Positions 8,306 to 17,284 of a stretch of DNA of 31,090 nt are shown one piece after another. Source of the DNA: an uncultured archaeon (GTDB lineage: Archaea; Asgardarchaeota; Heimdallarchaeia; Heimdallarchaeales; Kariarchaeaceae). The notes under the pieces were generated by a model that had not been told where the DNA came from, made no database searches, and saw only the letters and a program-made list of their open reading frames with translations. Location: positions 1 through 31,090 of the forward strand of contig CAZYCQ010000038.1 in the NCBI GenBank assembly GCA_964645535.1, given 5' to 3'. Within the stretch, counting starts at the first letter, position 1; each line of letters opens with the position of its first letter. The position numbers and the translations under genes are program-made.

Positions 8306-9355
8306 ATGAATTGCATAGTTTTAGGAGGAACAGGTCTTATTGGTCAGCAGTTTATCAGAATGTTGGCGGAGCATCCCATATTTGAATTGGAGACAATTTT
8401 TGCCTCGAGCAGATCTGCCGGAAAAAGATTAGGGGATATTTGGAGACTACCAAGTTTTGATTGTCCAAAGGAATATCAGGACATGGAAATCCAAGCCCTA
8501 GATGAAGTCTTTGATGCAGATGCACGCATTTGTTTTTCTGGCCTTCCTTCGAACGTGGCAGGAGAGTTGGAACATAAATTGCGAATGGAAGGAAAGGCAG
8601 TTTTCAGCAATTCATCTGCTCACAGGATGGATGAGGATGTTCCAATTCTTATTCCGGAAATTAATGGAAATCACATAGAAGTCATAAAACGTCAACAGGA
8701 AAAATTAGGAACAGAAGGATTCATCGTGACAAATTCAAACTGCTCAATTTCCGGAGTGGCAATGTTTCTACATTATGCAAGGAAAGCAGGAGAGATCACC
8801 GATGCCGTGGTCAGCACCTATCAGGCAATATCAGGTGCAGGATTCAAAGGATTAGCCAACCCTGATTTCAAAGAGAATGTGGTACCCTTCATCAAACTAG
8901 AAGAGGAAAAAATGATTCTAGAGGGTCAGAAGATTCTTGGAGACATTTCCGAAAATCTTGAGTTCAGACCATCAAACATACGTTTCCATCCAAACTGTGC
9001 AAGGGTAAGCTCGGTTGATGGTCATCTTGCATCGGTCACACTGTTTCACGGCAAGCTTGAAAAAGGGGTCAGGGAGATCCTAGAGGAGGCAGAATCCCCC
9101 CTAAAAGGGGAGGCCTACCATGTGGCACCTCATCCCCCAATCATAGTTCTGGATGAGGAAGACAGACCTCAACCAAAATTGGATTCACTATTGGGTCAGC
9201 CACATACCTCTAGAGGGATGGCAGTTCCAGTAGGAAGAATCAGAAATGAAGAACGGGTCACCAGAGCATTCGTGTTGGCTCATAACACCATTCGAGGAGG
9301 AAGTGGTGGATCTATCCTCAATGCAGAACATGCACTTGCAAAAAGATTGATTTGA
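8306..9355 (+). CDS. asd: Aspartate-semialdehyde dehydrogenase
   Basis: GGTGLIGQ, SNC catalytic Cys, YQAISGAG, HNTIRG; SD ggagg before ATG 8306. Confidence 0.93.
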   Translation: MNCIVLGGTGLIGQQFIRMLAEHPIFELETIFASSRSAGKRLGDIWRLPSFDCPKEYQDMEIQALDEVFDADARICFSGLPSNVAGELEHKLRMEGKAVFSNSSAHRMDEDVPILIPEINGNHIEVIKRQQEKLGTEGFIVTNSNCSISGVAMFLHYARKAGEITDAVVSTYQAISGAGFKGLANPDFKENVVPFIKLEEEKMILEGQKILGDISENLEFRPSNIRFHPNCARVSSVDGHLASVTLFHGKLEKGVREILEEAESPLKGEAYHVAPHPPIIVLDEEDRPQPKLDSLLGQPHTSRGMAVPVGRIRNEERVTRAFVLAHNTIRGGSGGSILNAEHALAKRLI

Positions 9356-9479
9356 CAAAATAGCAACTAATCTAAAAATTTGAGCCGATAACCAATAATA
9401 GACAATATTTTTGACCAAAATGGAAAAAATCAAACATTATTTAAGGAAAAATATTAATATTTTTATGGGGGGGGGAATT

Positions 9480-11054
9480 ATGCATTCATATAAAATAATT
9501 TCGTGTATAAAGTTGTGGATAATTGTGGGACTAATGATTAACCCAAACGCACTTTTGATTGGAGAAACTACGACTTTCTTAGATCATGAAAGAAAAACTA
9601 GTGGCAGGATGGTCAATGATTTTCAACAACTAAACCTAAATAATATTGAACAAGAACCTACCTTGCTCCAAAACAATAAGATATCTTCACAGGCAATAAC
9701 AACCTTTTCGAGTTCACCTTTCTTTTCACCCCATCAATACGGAGGGGTGGATAATGATTTCAGTAACGACAAGGCATTTTTTCTTACAAAAGAAGGAACC
9801 TTTTTTCCAAAAAAATCATATTCAAAATTAGCATTTTTCACACCACGTGCCGATTTCATCAAAGCTAGAATTTTGGCAGTTAATGAGGTTACCGGACGGG
9901 TTCTGAGGGTATATCAGGGTTCAGACCCAAATAACTTGGAATTGGAATACCAAACAATAGTTCGTCCGAATCAAGAAAATTTTGTTTCGATTAACTTTAA
10001 CACTCCCCTCACCAACTTGTACGTCGTCTTTGAAATTTATTTCGGGAACTACGCTGAAAGGGCATGGATGCTGGAATGGGTCTACTTTAAGAATGATACC
10101 CGTAGCAACTATCAGCAATTTTTCCCATTGGACTATCGTTCAAAAATTGAGACTCAATTTATTGGCGGGGAAGCAACCCTTCTTTCATTTGATCTGGAAC
10201 AATATTTAGACACATATGATCGTCTGGTATCAGTATATGTGGACGGAATTTTAAAAATACCAGAAACAAAAACAATTAATGGAAAAATGAGCATTTCTAG
10301 TTTTTATTTAGGCAATTATATCGAAAGAAGCATTCATAATCTAACCATTCAAATTCGATCGGGAAGTTACATGGAATTCGGTTGGGCTTTGAAATCGTTG
10401 CGTATCAATTATCTAGGGGCTTATGTCGAGATTGACCAAATGGAAGGATATAGTGTTTCAACAGACATATTCGACTATATAGAAGACTATTTTGAAACAA
10501 ATGGATACGAACGTATCAATATTTTCCTTTCTGACACGTCCCTCCCAGTTATTGAGAGAACATCGGCTGCAAATTTAAGAAACTATTACGAAACTTATTC
10601 CTTAAAAAATACGCTTACAAAACATCGGTATGTATTGTTAGGAAAATATGCCGACAGTTCTGGAGCTTTAGGGTTTGTACCGGTATCAAAGGATACGGAT
10701 AATTATTACATTGCAAACTATGCGTTTATTGCCATACAGGAAATTAAGGATTTGAGGAAATTGCCAAGTGGTTGGAAATGGTTCTTCTACTCAAATGATA
10801 AGGAAAACATTATGAGTACCATAATGCATGAATTGGGTCACACGCTTGGTATTGTGAAAATTCGAAATGGAGGGGAATACTATGAATGGGGAAACAGGGA
10901 TGATTCTGTAATGAATACATTGAACTTAGATAATTCTCGACCCTACCCTTATTATTCCCAATTTTGGTGGACAGGAGATGGAAGATGGTGGGACTTGAGA
11001 ACCCAATTTGATGCCACCACAGTGGTAAAACCAATTGGAGAGGTTGAAGTATGA
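9480..11054 (+). CDS. Secreted zincin-type metalloprotease-like protein with two repeated beta-rich domains
   Basis: Hydrophobic N-terminus, HELGHTLG zinc motif, SVMN Met-turn-like motif; start could be 9465 or 9480. Confidence 0.7.
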   Translation: MHSYKIISCIKLWIIVGLMINPNALLIGETTTFLDHERKTSGRMVNDFQQLNLNNIEQEPTLLQNNKISSQAITTFSSSPFFSPHQYGGVDNDFSNDKAFFLTKEGTFFPKKSYSKLAFFTPRADFIKARILAVNEVTGRVLRVYQGSDPNNLELEYQTIVRPNQENFVSINFNTPLTNLYVVFEIYFGNYAERAWMLEWVYFKNDTRSNYQQFFPLDYRSKIETQFIGGEATLLSFDLEQYLDTYDRLVSVYVDGILKIPETKTINGKMSISSFYLGNYIERSIHNLTIQIRSGSYMEFGWALKSLRINYLGAYVEIDQMEGYSVSTDIFDYIEDYFETNGYERINIFLSDTSLPVIERTSAANLRNYYETYSLKNTLTKHRYVLLGKYADSSGALGFVPVSKDTDNYYIANYAFIAIQEIKDLRKLPSGWKWFFYSNDKENIMSTIMHELGHTLGIVKIRNGGEYYEWGNRDDSVMNTLNLDNSRPYPYYSQFWWTGDGRWWDLRTQFDATTVVKPIGEVEV

Positions 11055-12208
11055 AGAAAAAACAATTCCTCGTCCCTTTTCTCATTCTCACCATCTTTTT
11101 TGGAATTTCAATGCCTGCATCTGTAGGTCTTGATAAACGTCCCCTTAATCTACGTTCACAGGTGGCAATTTGGGTAAATGGAACAGACTTGGCCATTAGC
11201 ATTGGCGCGGATCTTGAGCCTGCAATGTATTTGTGGAATGCAACGGATGGGATGGCGGTTGATACTCCAAAGGTTAGGTTTTCAATCCCTCCGCGATCCT
11301 ATATCCTCGATCTTAACCCAACTGGAACAGCATCAGTGGGAGGTACAACAGAGGTCATCATGTGGAAATTTTCAGATAGCTCCGTTAAAAAACTTCCAAT
11401 ATATGAATCTCTTAATGTTAGCAATATTCTCTTCACTTCAGTGGCATGGGGGGACAATATCTATTTGGGAACTGATGGATTGGGATATAGTATCCAACAG
11501 GACGCCAATGAGCCTGTTCAGTATCTGACCAATGAATCAGAAAGTGTGGTTCTGCAATTTGATCCCACCGACCTCCAATTGACAGGCGTATTCAATGTCG
11601 GCAGCGCAGTTACCTCTCTTGAAGCATTAGCAGATGGTGGATTGGCTATAGGACTAAAGAATGGTTCTCTTCTTGTTCGAGACAATGAAATATTTTCTAG
11701 CTATTCTTACAAATCTACAATCAACGTGATCAAATGGCAAAACAATGCACTTTATGTTGCAGAGGGAAATAGGGTTCATATAATTGATAATGAAGATGTT
11801 CAAACAATACAAACTCGAAATGAGATAACTGCAATGGTTCCCTCACCTGATGGTCAAAAAATCGCAGTGGGATATACCAATGAGACAGTTGATGTCTACT
11901 TTCTTAATAACACAATGCTTTGGTCTAAATCATTTGGACATTTTGAAGTGTTTCAGAACCCGATTACATATCTCGATTGGAAAGACGATAAACTGCTTAT
12001 CTCAAAAAAACTCGAAATGGCTACATCCCATGATGCAAATACAGGAACCCTTCTTTCGCAAATTGGAATAGATACCAATATTACCATAATGGCTTTAGAA
12101 AACCATTCTTCGAATAATGAAATCACGTATTATCCCAATCTTTTCTTTGCAATCATTTTCATCTTGATAAACAAACGAAACAAAAAGTTACGGGTTGAAA
12201 GGAGTTAA
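11051..12208 (+). CDS. Secreted, C-terminally anchored WD40-like beta-propeller protein
   Basis: Signal peptide MKKKQFLVPFLILTIFFG; blades VTSLEAL..LAIG and ITAMVPSPDGQKIAVG; short C-terminal hydrophobic stretch plus basic tail; ATGA overlap with upstream gene. Confidence 0.7.
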   Translation: MKKKQFLVPFLILTIFFGISMPASVGLDKRPLNLRSQVAIWVNGTDLAISIGADLEPAMYLWNATDGMAVDTPKVRFSIPPRSYILDLNPTGTASVGGTTEVIMWKFSDSSVKKLPIYESLNVSNILFTSVAWGDNIYLGTDGLGYSIQQDANEPVQYLTNESESVVLQFDPTDLQLTGVFNVGSAVTSLEALADGGLAIGLKNGSLLVRDNEIFSSYSYKSTINVIKWQNNALYVAEGNRVHIIDNEDVQTIQTRNEITAMVPSPDGQKIAVGYTNETVDVYFLNNTMLWSKSFGHFEVFQNPITYLDWKDDKLLISKKLEMATSHDANTGTLLSQIGIDTNITIMALENHSSNNEITYYPNLFFAIIFILINKRNKKLRVERS

Positions 12209-12275
12209 GGAAAAAAATTAGCGACTTGTTCAAAAACTCCACTCAATCTTAAAAAGACCATATTTATCAAGGTAT

Positions 12276-12662
12276 ATGGACAATTACATTCAAATGATCA
12301 AAAACGAAATTGAAGATCTACATACATTTTTCATGAATTGGTTCAATGGGAAACTAAGTGATGAGCAATTTATCAGAGTTGAGCAAGCCTTGGATAAAAA
12401 TTTCGAATTGATTACCCCGCGAGGAGAGCATTTCAGGAGGGATGAGATAGTGGATCTGATTAGAAAAGCAAAAGCAGGAGACCCCTTGAGAAAGATATGG
12501 ACAGAATTTATTTCCTGCAAGAAATTTGGGGAGATTGTGGTTGCTCTTTATTATGAATTCCAAGATTTGGGAGATAAACAGACTAAAAGATTGAGCACGG
12601 CAATTTTCTCAATCAAGCCAAATCTGAAGTGGTTGCATGTCCATGAGACCTGGGCTGATTGA
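12276..12662 (+). CDS. NTF2-like / DUF4440-like protein
   Basis: LHTFFMNWF, FELITPRG, RLSTAIF, WLHVHETW pattern. Confidence 0.7.
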   Translation: MDNYIQMIKNEIEDLHTFFMNWFNGKLSDEQFIRVEQALDKNFELITPRGEHFRRDEIVDLIRKAKAGDPLRKIWTEFISCKKFGEIVVALYYEFQDLGDKQTKRLSTAIFSIKPNLKWLHVHETWAD

Positions 12663-13200
12663 ATTCGGAAGAATAATCTTCAAGAAGGCAGATCATGTCA
12701 ATAAAGGAACGTATGTATTGTTTATCGAGATAATGAAGAACATTGATGTCGTGATAGGGAAACAGAATAAAGGTCACCCACTTAAATTCCCCGAAGGTCG
12801 ATATTTATACGTCGGTTCTGCTACCGGTACAACCTCCACATCCCTTTCTCAGAGATTGGCTCGTCATTGCATACGAAGGATTGGAGCACCACAACCGGTT
12901 TTGAAAGATCTTGCGGAGGTTATTGGGAAGCTGGGTTTTCCTTTCAGAATTCCAAGATCGAAGAGTTTGAGATGGCATGTAGATTACTTGCTTGAAGATA
13001 CAAGGGTCACCCTTACAAACATCTTCTTTGAGATGAGTCAAAGAGGAAATGAAAGAGAATGGGTTGATTTGTTATGGAATTCAGACCATGTCGTCCCTTT
13101 TGGAAAGGGTTTTGGAGGATCGGATGACAAAGGAAGAACACATCTTTTTCAGATGAAAGAGCAAACCAATATGAAAAAACTGCTTGATGAGTTTAGATAG
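12637..13200 (+). CDS. DUF123 GIY-YIG (Uri) nuclease family protein
   Basis: KGTYVL, YLYVGSA, RLARH, RWHVDYLL, GFGGSD; start uncertain. Confidence 0.8.
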   Translation: MSMRPGLIEFGRIIFKKADHVNKGTYVLFIEIMKNIDVVIGKQNKGHPLKFPEGRYLYVGSATGTTSTSLSQRLARHCIRRIGAPQPVLKDLAEVIGKLGFPFRIPRSKSLRWHVDYLLEDTRVTLTNIFFEMSQRGNEREWVDLLWNSDHVVPFGKGFGGSDDKGRTHLFQMKEQTNMKKLLDEFR

Positions 13201-13238
13201 AAGCATGACCGGAATACATGAACCAGAAAACAACTGGA

Positions 13239-14184
13239 TCAAACGTTAAATTCGACTAGCTGTTTAACAATTTGTGGAAGTGAGGAGGTTTTTGCTACAA
13301 GTGCAAAAAATGTAAAATTGTTTTTGATATCCTGAACATCCCTCTTCAATATATGCAATCCATATAGATTTGCAGCCATTTCACTGCATAACGCGGCAGA
13401 ATTTTGCGGAGAATATTCAGCGATCATTTTTGCGGCTCCAGCGGTGTCATGATAGGATATTCCTCGTATGCCATGTTTGGTTAGGAAGTTTTTGCATTGT
13501 CGAAGGGCTTCAGGATGGGAATAAACTGTTTCAATCTGCCCAATGTCTTCAATATGGTTTGGTACTGCAAGCATATGCCTGATCTTTATGGGAAATTTGT
13601 ACAGCACAACATGTTCAATGTGATCTGCAATCTTTTGCCCTAAATTGACAGTTCCCGCAATTGTATTGAAAAAAGGCAAAATTGCAAGATCGGCAATGTT
13701 CTTGTCCAACTTTTCCTTGACATCATCGAATTGCCAGGAAGGGATTGCAGTTGCTTTTGGAAAGACCGAACTGATGGCAAGATGGCTGAATGCACCCAAT
13801 TCGCCTTGAAATGTGATTCTCAGTTTGGCATTGTTTGGAAGCTGCAATAGAAAAGGCATTGTGAAATCAATGGCATTGGAAAAGTTTGGCATATTCCCGT
13901 TGCCAATAATCTTTGCCTGGTGCGTAATTGAGAGGGAAAACATGATATGATAGATTGACTGTAAATAGTTCCAAGGGATGGCCTGTTTTTCAGACATTTC
14001 TCGGAGTGTTTGCAGAATCCATTTTTCCCTCTCCAAATCCCAAAGCTGGATACTGTCTTTTGCTTTGACTTCTGCAATCAACCTGACAGTTTCCATTCGA
14101 TCGGCAATAAGGTCAATGATGTTTTTGTCTATGGTGTTGATTTTATTTCTTAGATCTTTTAATTGTGATGCGGAAAATACGCAT
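13239..14184 (-). CDS. pheA: Chorismate mutase / prephenate dehydratase without ACT domain; anomalous 5' end
   Basis: CM helix LKDLRNKINTIDKNIIDLIADRM lies in frame upstream of the track ATG 14096; PDT motifs FQGELGAFSHLA, YSHPEALRQC, DTAGAA; ATG 14184 is out of frame by 1 nt. Confidence 0.85.
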
Positions 14185-14222
14185 TCCTCCTAACTTTTAC
14201 CGTTTTTAAGCAAATATAAAGG

Positions 14223-15163
14223 TTAGTGATTTTCATTGGCATATTTCAAACCTTTCAAAAAAGACAAGACGATGCTTGATGCAAAAAGGAACAGGCCAAT
14301 GACCATTATGGATAGTAAAACGAGGTTCAGCAAGATTCCAGATCCAAGAAGTGAAACAACCAATCCTGCCACCAAAAAGAAGACTGCGGGTTTCACCAGC
14401 AGTCTTGGAGAAACGGAAGCTTTTTGGGATTGGGCAGGAGGAACAAAAACAAAACCAAGAATCCCTACGCCATAAAAAAAGAAAATGATGGAAAGTGTGA
14501 CAAGGTCTACAAGTTTCTGTCCTCTTAGAAGGGGAAATGTGTAAATATAAGGAAAAAGCATCACGAGGAAAGTGATAAACAAATAGAAATTGGAGAGATA
14601 GAGATCTTCAGTTGAAAATTTCCGTCCATACTTTTTTAATATCAAAAGGAAAAGAAGAGGTACCCCAATTGAGGAAAAGGAAGATATCAGAAATCCGCTT
14701 GGATCAAATGAAAGATATGAAGAAAGTATTACCGCTCCGAAGAATGAAATGGGATAATAAACAATAGAAGGAACAAATGTTTGCCCAGTTCCCAGCAATT
14801 CGAGTGTTGCCAAAGGAAGGATAAAGGACCGGATGCCAGAAAAGGACAAGAATGATGAATTCTGCAATGGCTATTTGGTGGTAGGAACCTAAAATGGGAT
14901 TTGTATTTATATAGCCAGTTACAATGACTTTTGTTATCCAAGCTTCATAAAGACCATACACAATACCCAAAAAGTATAGGTGAAGCAATGAGGTTCGTCT
15001 ATATCTCAGTGCCACGTTATAGAAGAATAATATGAGACAGGTAAATGATCATTGTGATGAAGATTGATTCGGGAACGAACAGCCAGAACGGAGAAGATCC
15101 AGAAAAGACTTCTGCGAATAACATGGTGAAACTGGCAAATAAAAGTGCAACAATTATTTTCAT
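14223..15163 (-). pseudogene. Polytopic membrane protein split by two frameshifts
   Basis: MKIIVALLFASFTMLFAEVFSGSS... / ...GLYEAWITKV...FWHPV / FILPLATLELLG... read in successive frames, with shifts near 15025 and 14825. Confidence 0.7.
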
Positions 15164-15199
15164 CACATCAACAAAACAGTGAGACTATTTGTTTGTTTT

Positions 15200-16420
15200 T
15201 CAGGCATTGGTGTTTGATTGGTAAAAGAATTGGTCAATCTCGGTTTCCGAAAGACCAAGCATAAGAAGGACAGATTTAAGGTGAGTTTGCCCGATTTTTC
15301 CGTCAGCTACCTCTGAAAGGATCTCTTTGCTGTTGAATCCGATACCCAATCCAGAATTTTTTATCATCGAGATGTCATTGCTTCCATCTCCAATTGTAAC
15401 AACCTCGTCAGGATGTATGTTAAGTTGGTGGGCAAGCTCCTGAACAATCTCCCATTTTCCGTTGGCATCAATGATGGAACCTGTTATGTTTCCAGTGACA
15501 ATCCCGTCACGGATTTCCAAAGTATTGCCAAAAGAATAATCCAATCCCAATTTTTCTTTGACTGCATCAGTAAAATAGGAGAACCCAGATGATACAATGC
15601 CAATTTTCCATCCCATTGCCTTCAATTCTGAGATAAGCTCCTCAGCACCAAAAGTTAGTTCCAGATTATTTGCTATTTGCTTGAGCATTGCCTCGGGAAT
15701 ACCTTGCAACAGTCTTGCCCGTTGGATCAATGATTCTGAGAAGTCCATGTCTGTTGACATGGCGAGTTCAGTGGCCTCTGCCATTTCCTGCTCTTTTCCA
15801 GCCAGTTTTGCAGCCTCCACAATTGTTTCACCATTGATCAAGGTTGAATCCATGTCAAAGATAATGAGTTTCTTGTTTTTTCTATAGAGACGTTCCTGTT
15901 GGAGGGTCATTGAAAGCCCCATCGCCTCACAAACCTGTCGGATATCATTCCTCAATTTTTTGATGTCCGTAACTGAAGAGCAATCAATAAGGAACTGATT
16001 ATAGATAAATCCCTCATTGACCTTCACTTGTATTGTATCAATATTGACTTTGTTTTCAGTCAAGACTGCAGATATTTGGTGAAGTAATCCAATTTGATCA
16101 CGACCGACAATGGTGAGAACATAAAGATCTCGTAATCGAGCCCTCTGTCCTTTTTCATATCTGTGGAGGTCAACATTCAGGGAGTGAACACGACCGATTT
16201 TTCTCAATTGCAGGGCAATTCGATCTTCATTCAGTTTTGATTCCTTAAGATCTACCAGAAAAGTAATTGAGAGATATCCCCTTAGGACATTCTGTTTTAC
16301 ATCTAGAATATTGATGGAATTATCACTGAAAAATTGGCAGAAGTGGACAAATATGCCAGGATGATCTGCACCATTGACTTGAACAATTCTGAGCGTGCCA
16401 GATCCATTTTTCGATTCCAT
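15200..16420 (-). CDS. serB: Phosphoserine phosphatase with two N-terminal ACT domains
   Basis: GADHPGI and GRDQIGL ACT starts; HAD motifs DMDST, SSGF, GDGSND. Confidence 0.93.
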   Translation of the reverse strand: MESKNGSGTLRIVQVNGADHPGIFVHFCQFFSDNSINILDVKQNVLRGYLSITFLVDLKESKLNEDRIALQLRKIGRVHSLNVDLHRYEKGQRARLRDLYVLTIVGRDQIGLLHQISAVLTENKVNIDTIQVKVNEGFIYNQFLIDCSSVTDIKKLRNDIRQVCEAMGLSMTLQQERLYRKNKKLIIFDMDSTLINGETIVEAAKLAGKEQEMAEATELAMSTDMDFSESLIQRARLLQGIPEAMLKQIANNLELTFGAEELISELKAMGWKIGIVSSGFSYFTDAVKEKLGLDYSFGNTLEIRDGIVTGNITGSIIDANGKWEIVQELAHQLNIHPDEVVTIGDGSNDISMIKNSGLGIGFNSKEILSEVADGKIGQTHLKSVLLMLGLSETEIDQFFYQSNTNA

Positions 16421-16606
16421 TCTCTTAATTGAAGCAAGGGGATTCTCTTATTTTACTTTTCTGAAATACATGGATGATAGAAAACATGCTTTATGCGAAT
16501 ACCATATTAAAAGACAATCATAATAATTTTCCATAATTTGGGGGATTCAGCATTTGGAACTAGTTAGTTGGAAAAATTATATAAAATGCAGGAAGTGATC
16601 AACTTA

Positions 16607-17245
16607 ATGCCAAATAAATCGGTCCGGCTGGATAACCTTCCGAAAGGTCAAATTAAGGACAAGATTGAGCAAGCTCTTGCTGAGAAGGGGATGAAAGCGG
16701 ATATTGTTGATTTTACGGAAAACAAGTACTCATGGACCGTCAAGAAAAATTTTGTTACTACTTTTCTAATTTTGGAACGTAAGCCATCACGTCCACTTTT
16801 TGTTAATGTTATCACAGACCACGTACAATTTCCGGCAGCTACGTCTGGGTTGGTGGTCAAACAAAGGAAACAGGGACAACAGCGACGGCCTGTCTGGATT
16901 TATTACCTGCTTTGGTTCGCGTTACCCGTCATTTTTTCAGTTCTTGCTACTTTTTTCAGCATTCTTACCACAACCCAACTGCCAACATTTCTCGGCATTG
17001 CCCTTTTGATTTCGGCCATCATTTTCCTTGTGGGTAGGTATACGTGGGCAAAGTTTCAAAAGAAGGAATTGTTGAAGCTTGACCGACAGGTATTTGATAC
17101 AGCAGTAGAAGTTCTTGAACAGCTCTCCAATGAAACATTGCGATCAGTTCCCACAAAGAAATGTTGGAACTGCTTTGCAGAGGTTCCAACATCAAATGAG
17201 TACTGTGAACAATGCGGCAAAAGTCAGTTCAATATTGACAACTGA
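16607..17245 (+). CDS. Two-TM membrane protein with C-terminal zinc ribbon
   Basis: Two hydrophobic helices; CWNC-x10-CEQCG; start could be 16568, 16586 or 16607. Confidence 0.75.
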   Translation: MPNKSVRLDNLPKGQIKDKIEQALAEKGMKADIVDFTENKYSWTVKKNFVTTFLILERKPSRPLFVNVITDHVQFPAATSGLVVKQRKQGQQRRPVWIYYLLWFALPVIFSVLATFFSILTTTQLPTFLGIALLISAIIFLVGRYTWAKFQKKELLKLDRQVFDTAVEVLEQLSNETLRSVPTKKCWNCFAEVPTSNEYCEQCGKSQFNIDN

Positions 17246-17284
17246 AGCTTAATATTGAAATAATGATAGGTTATAGATTTCATA

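Noticed and set aside
9351-9430. Imperfect direct repeat tttgac(c)aaaat as an att site or target duplication of the islet
   Set aside because: Short and AT-rich, both copies are on the same side, there is no partner at the right boundary and no integrase.
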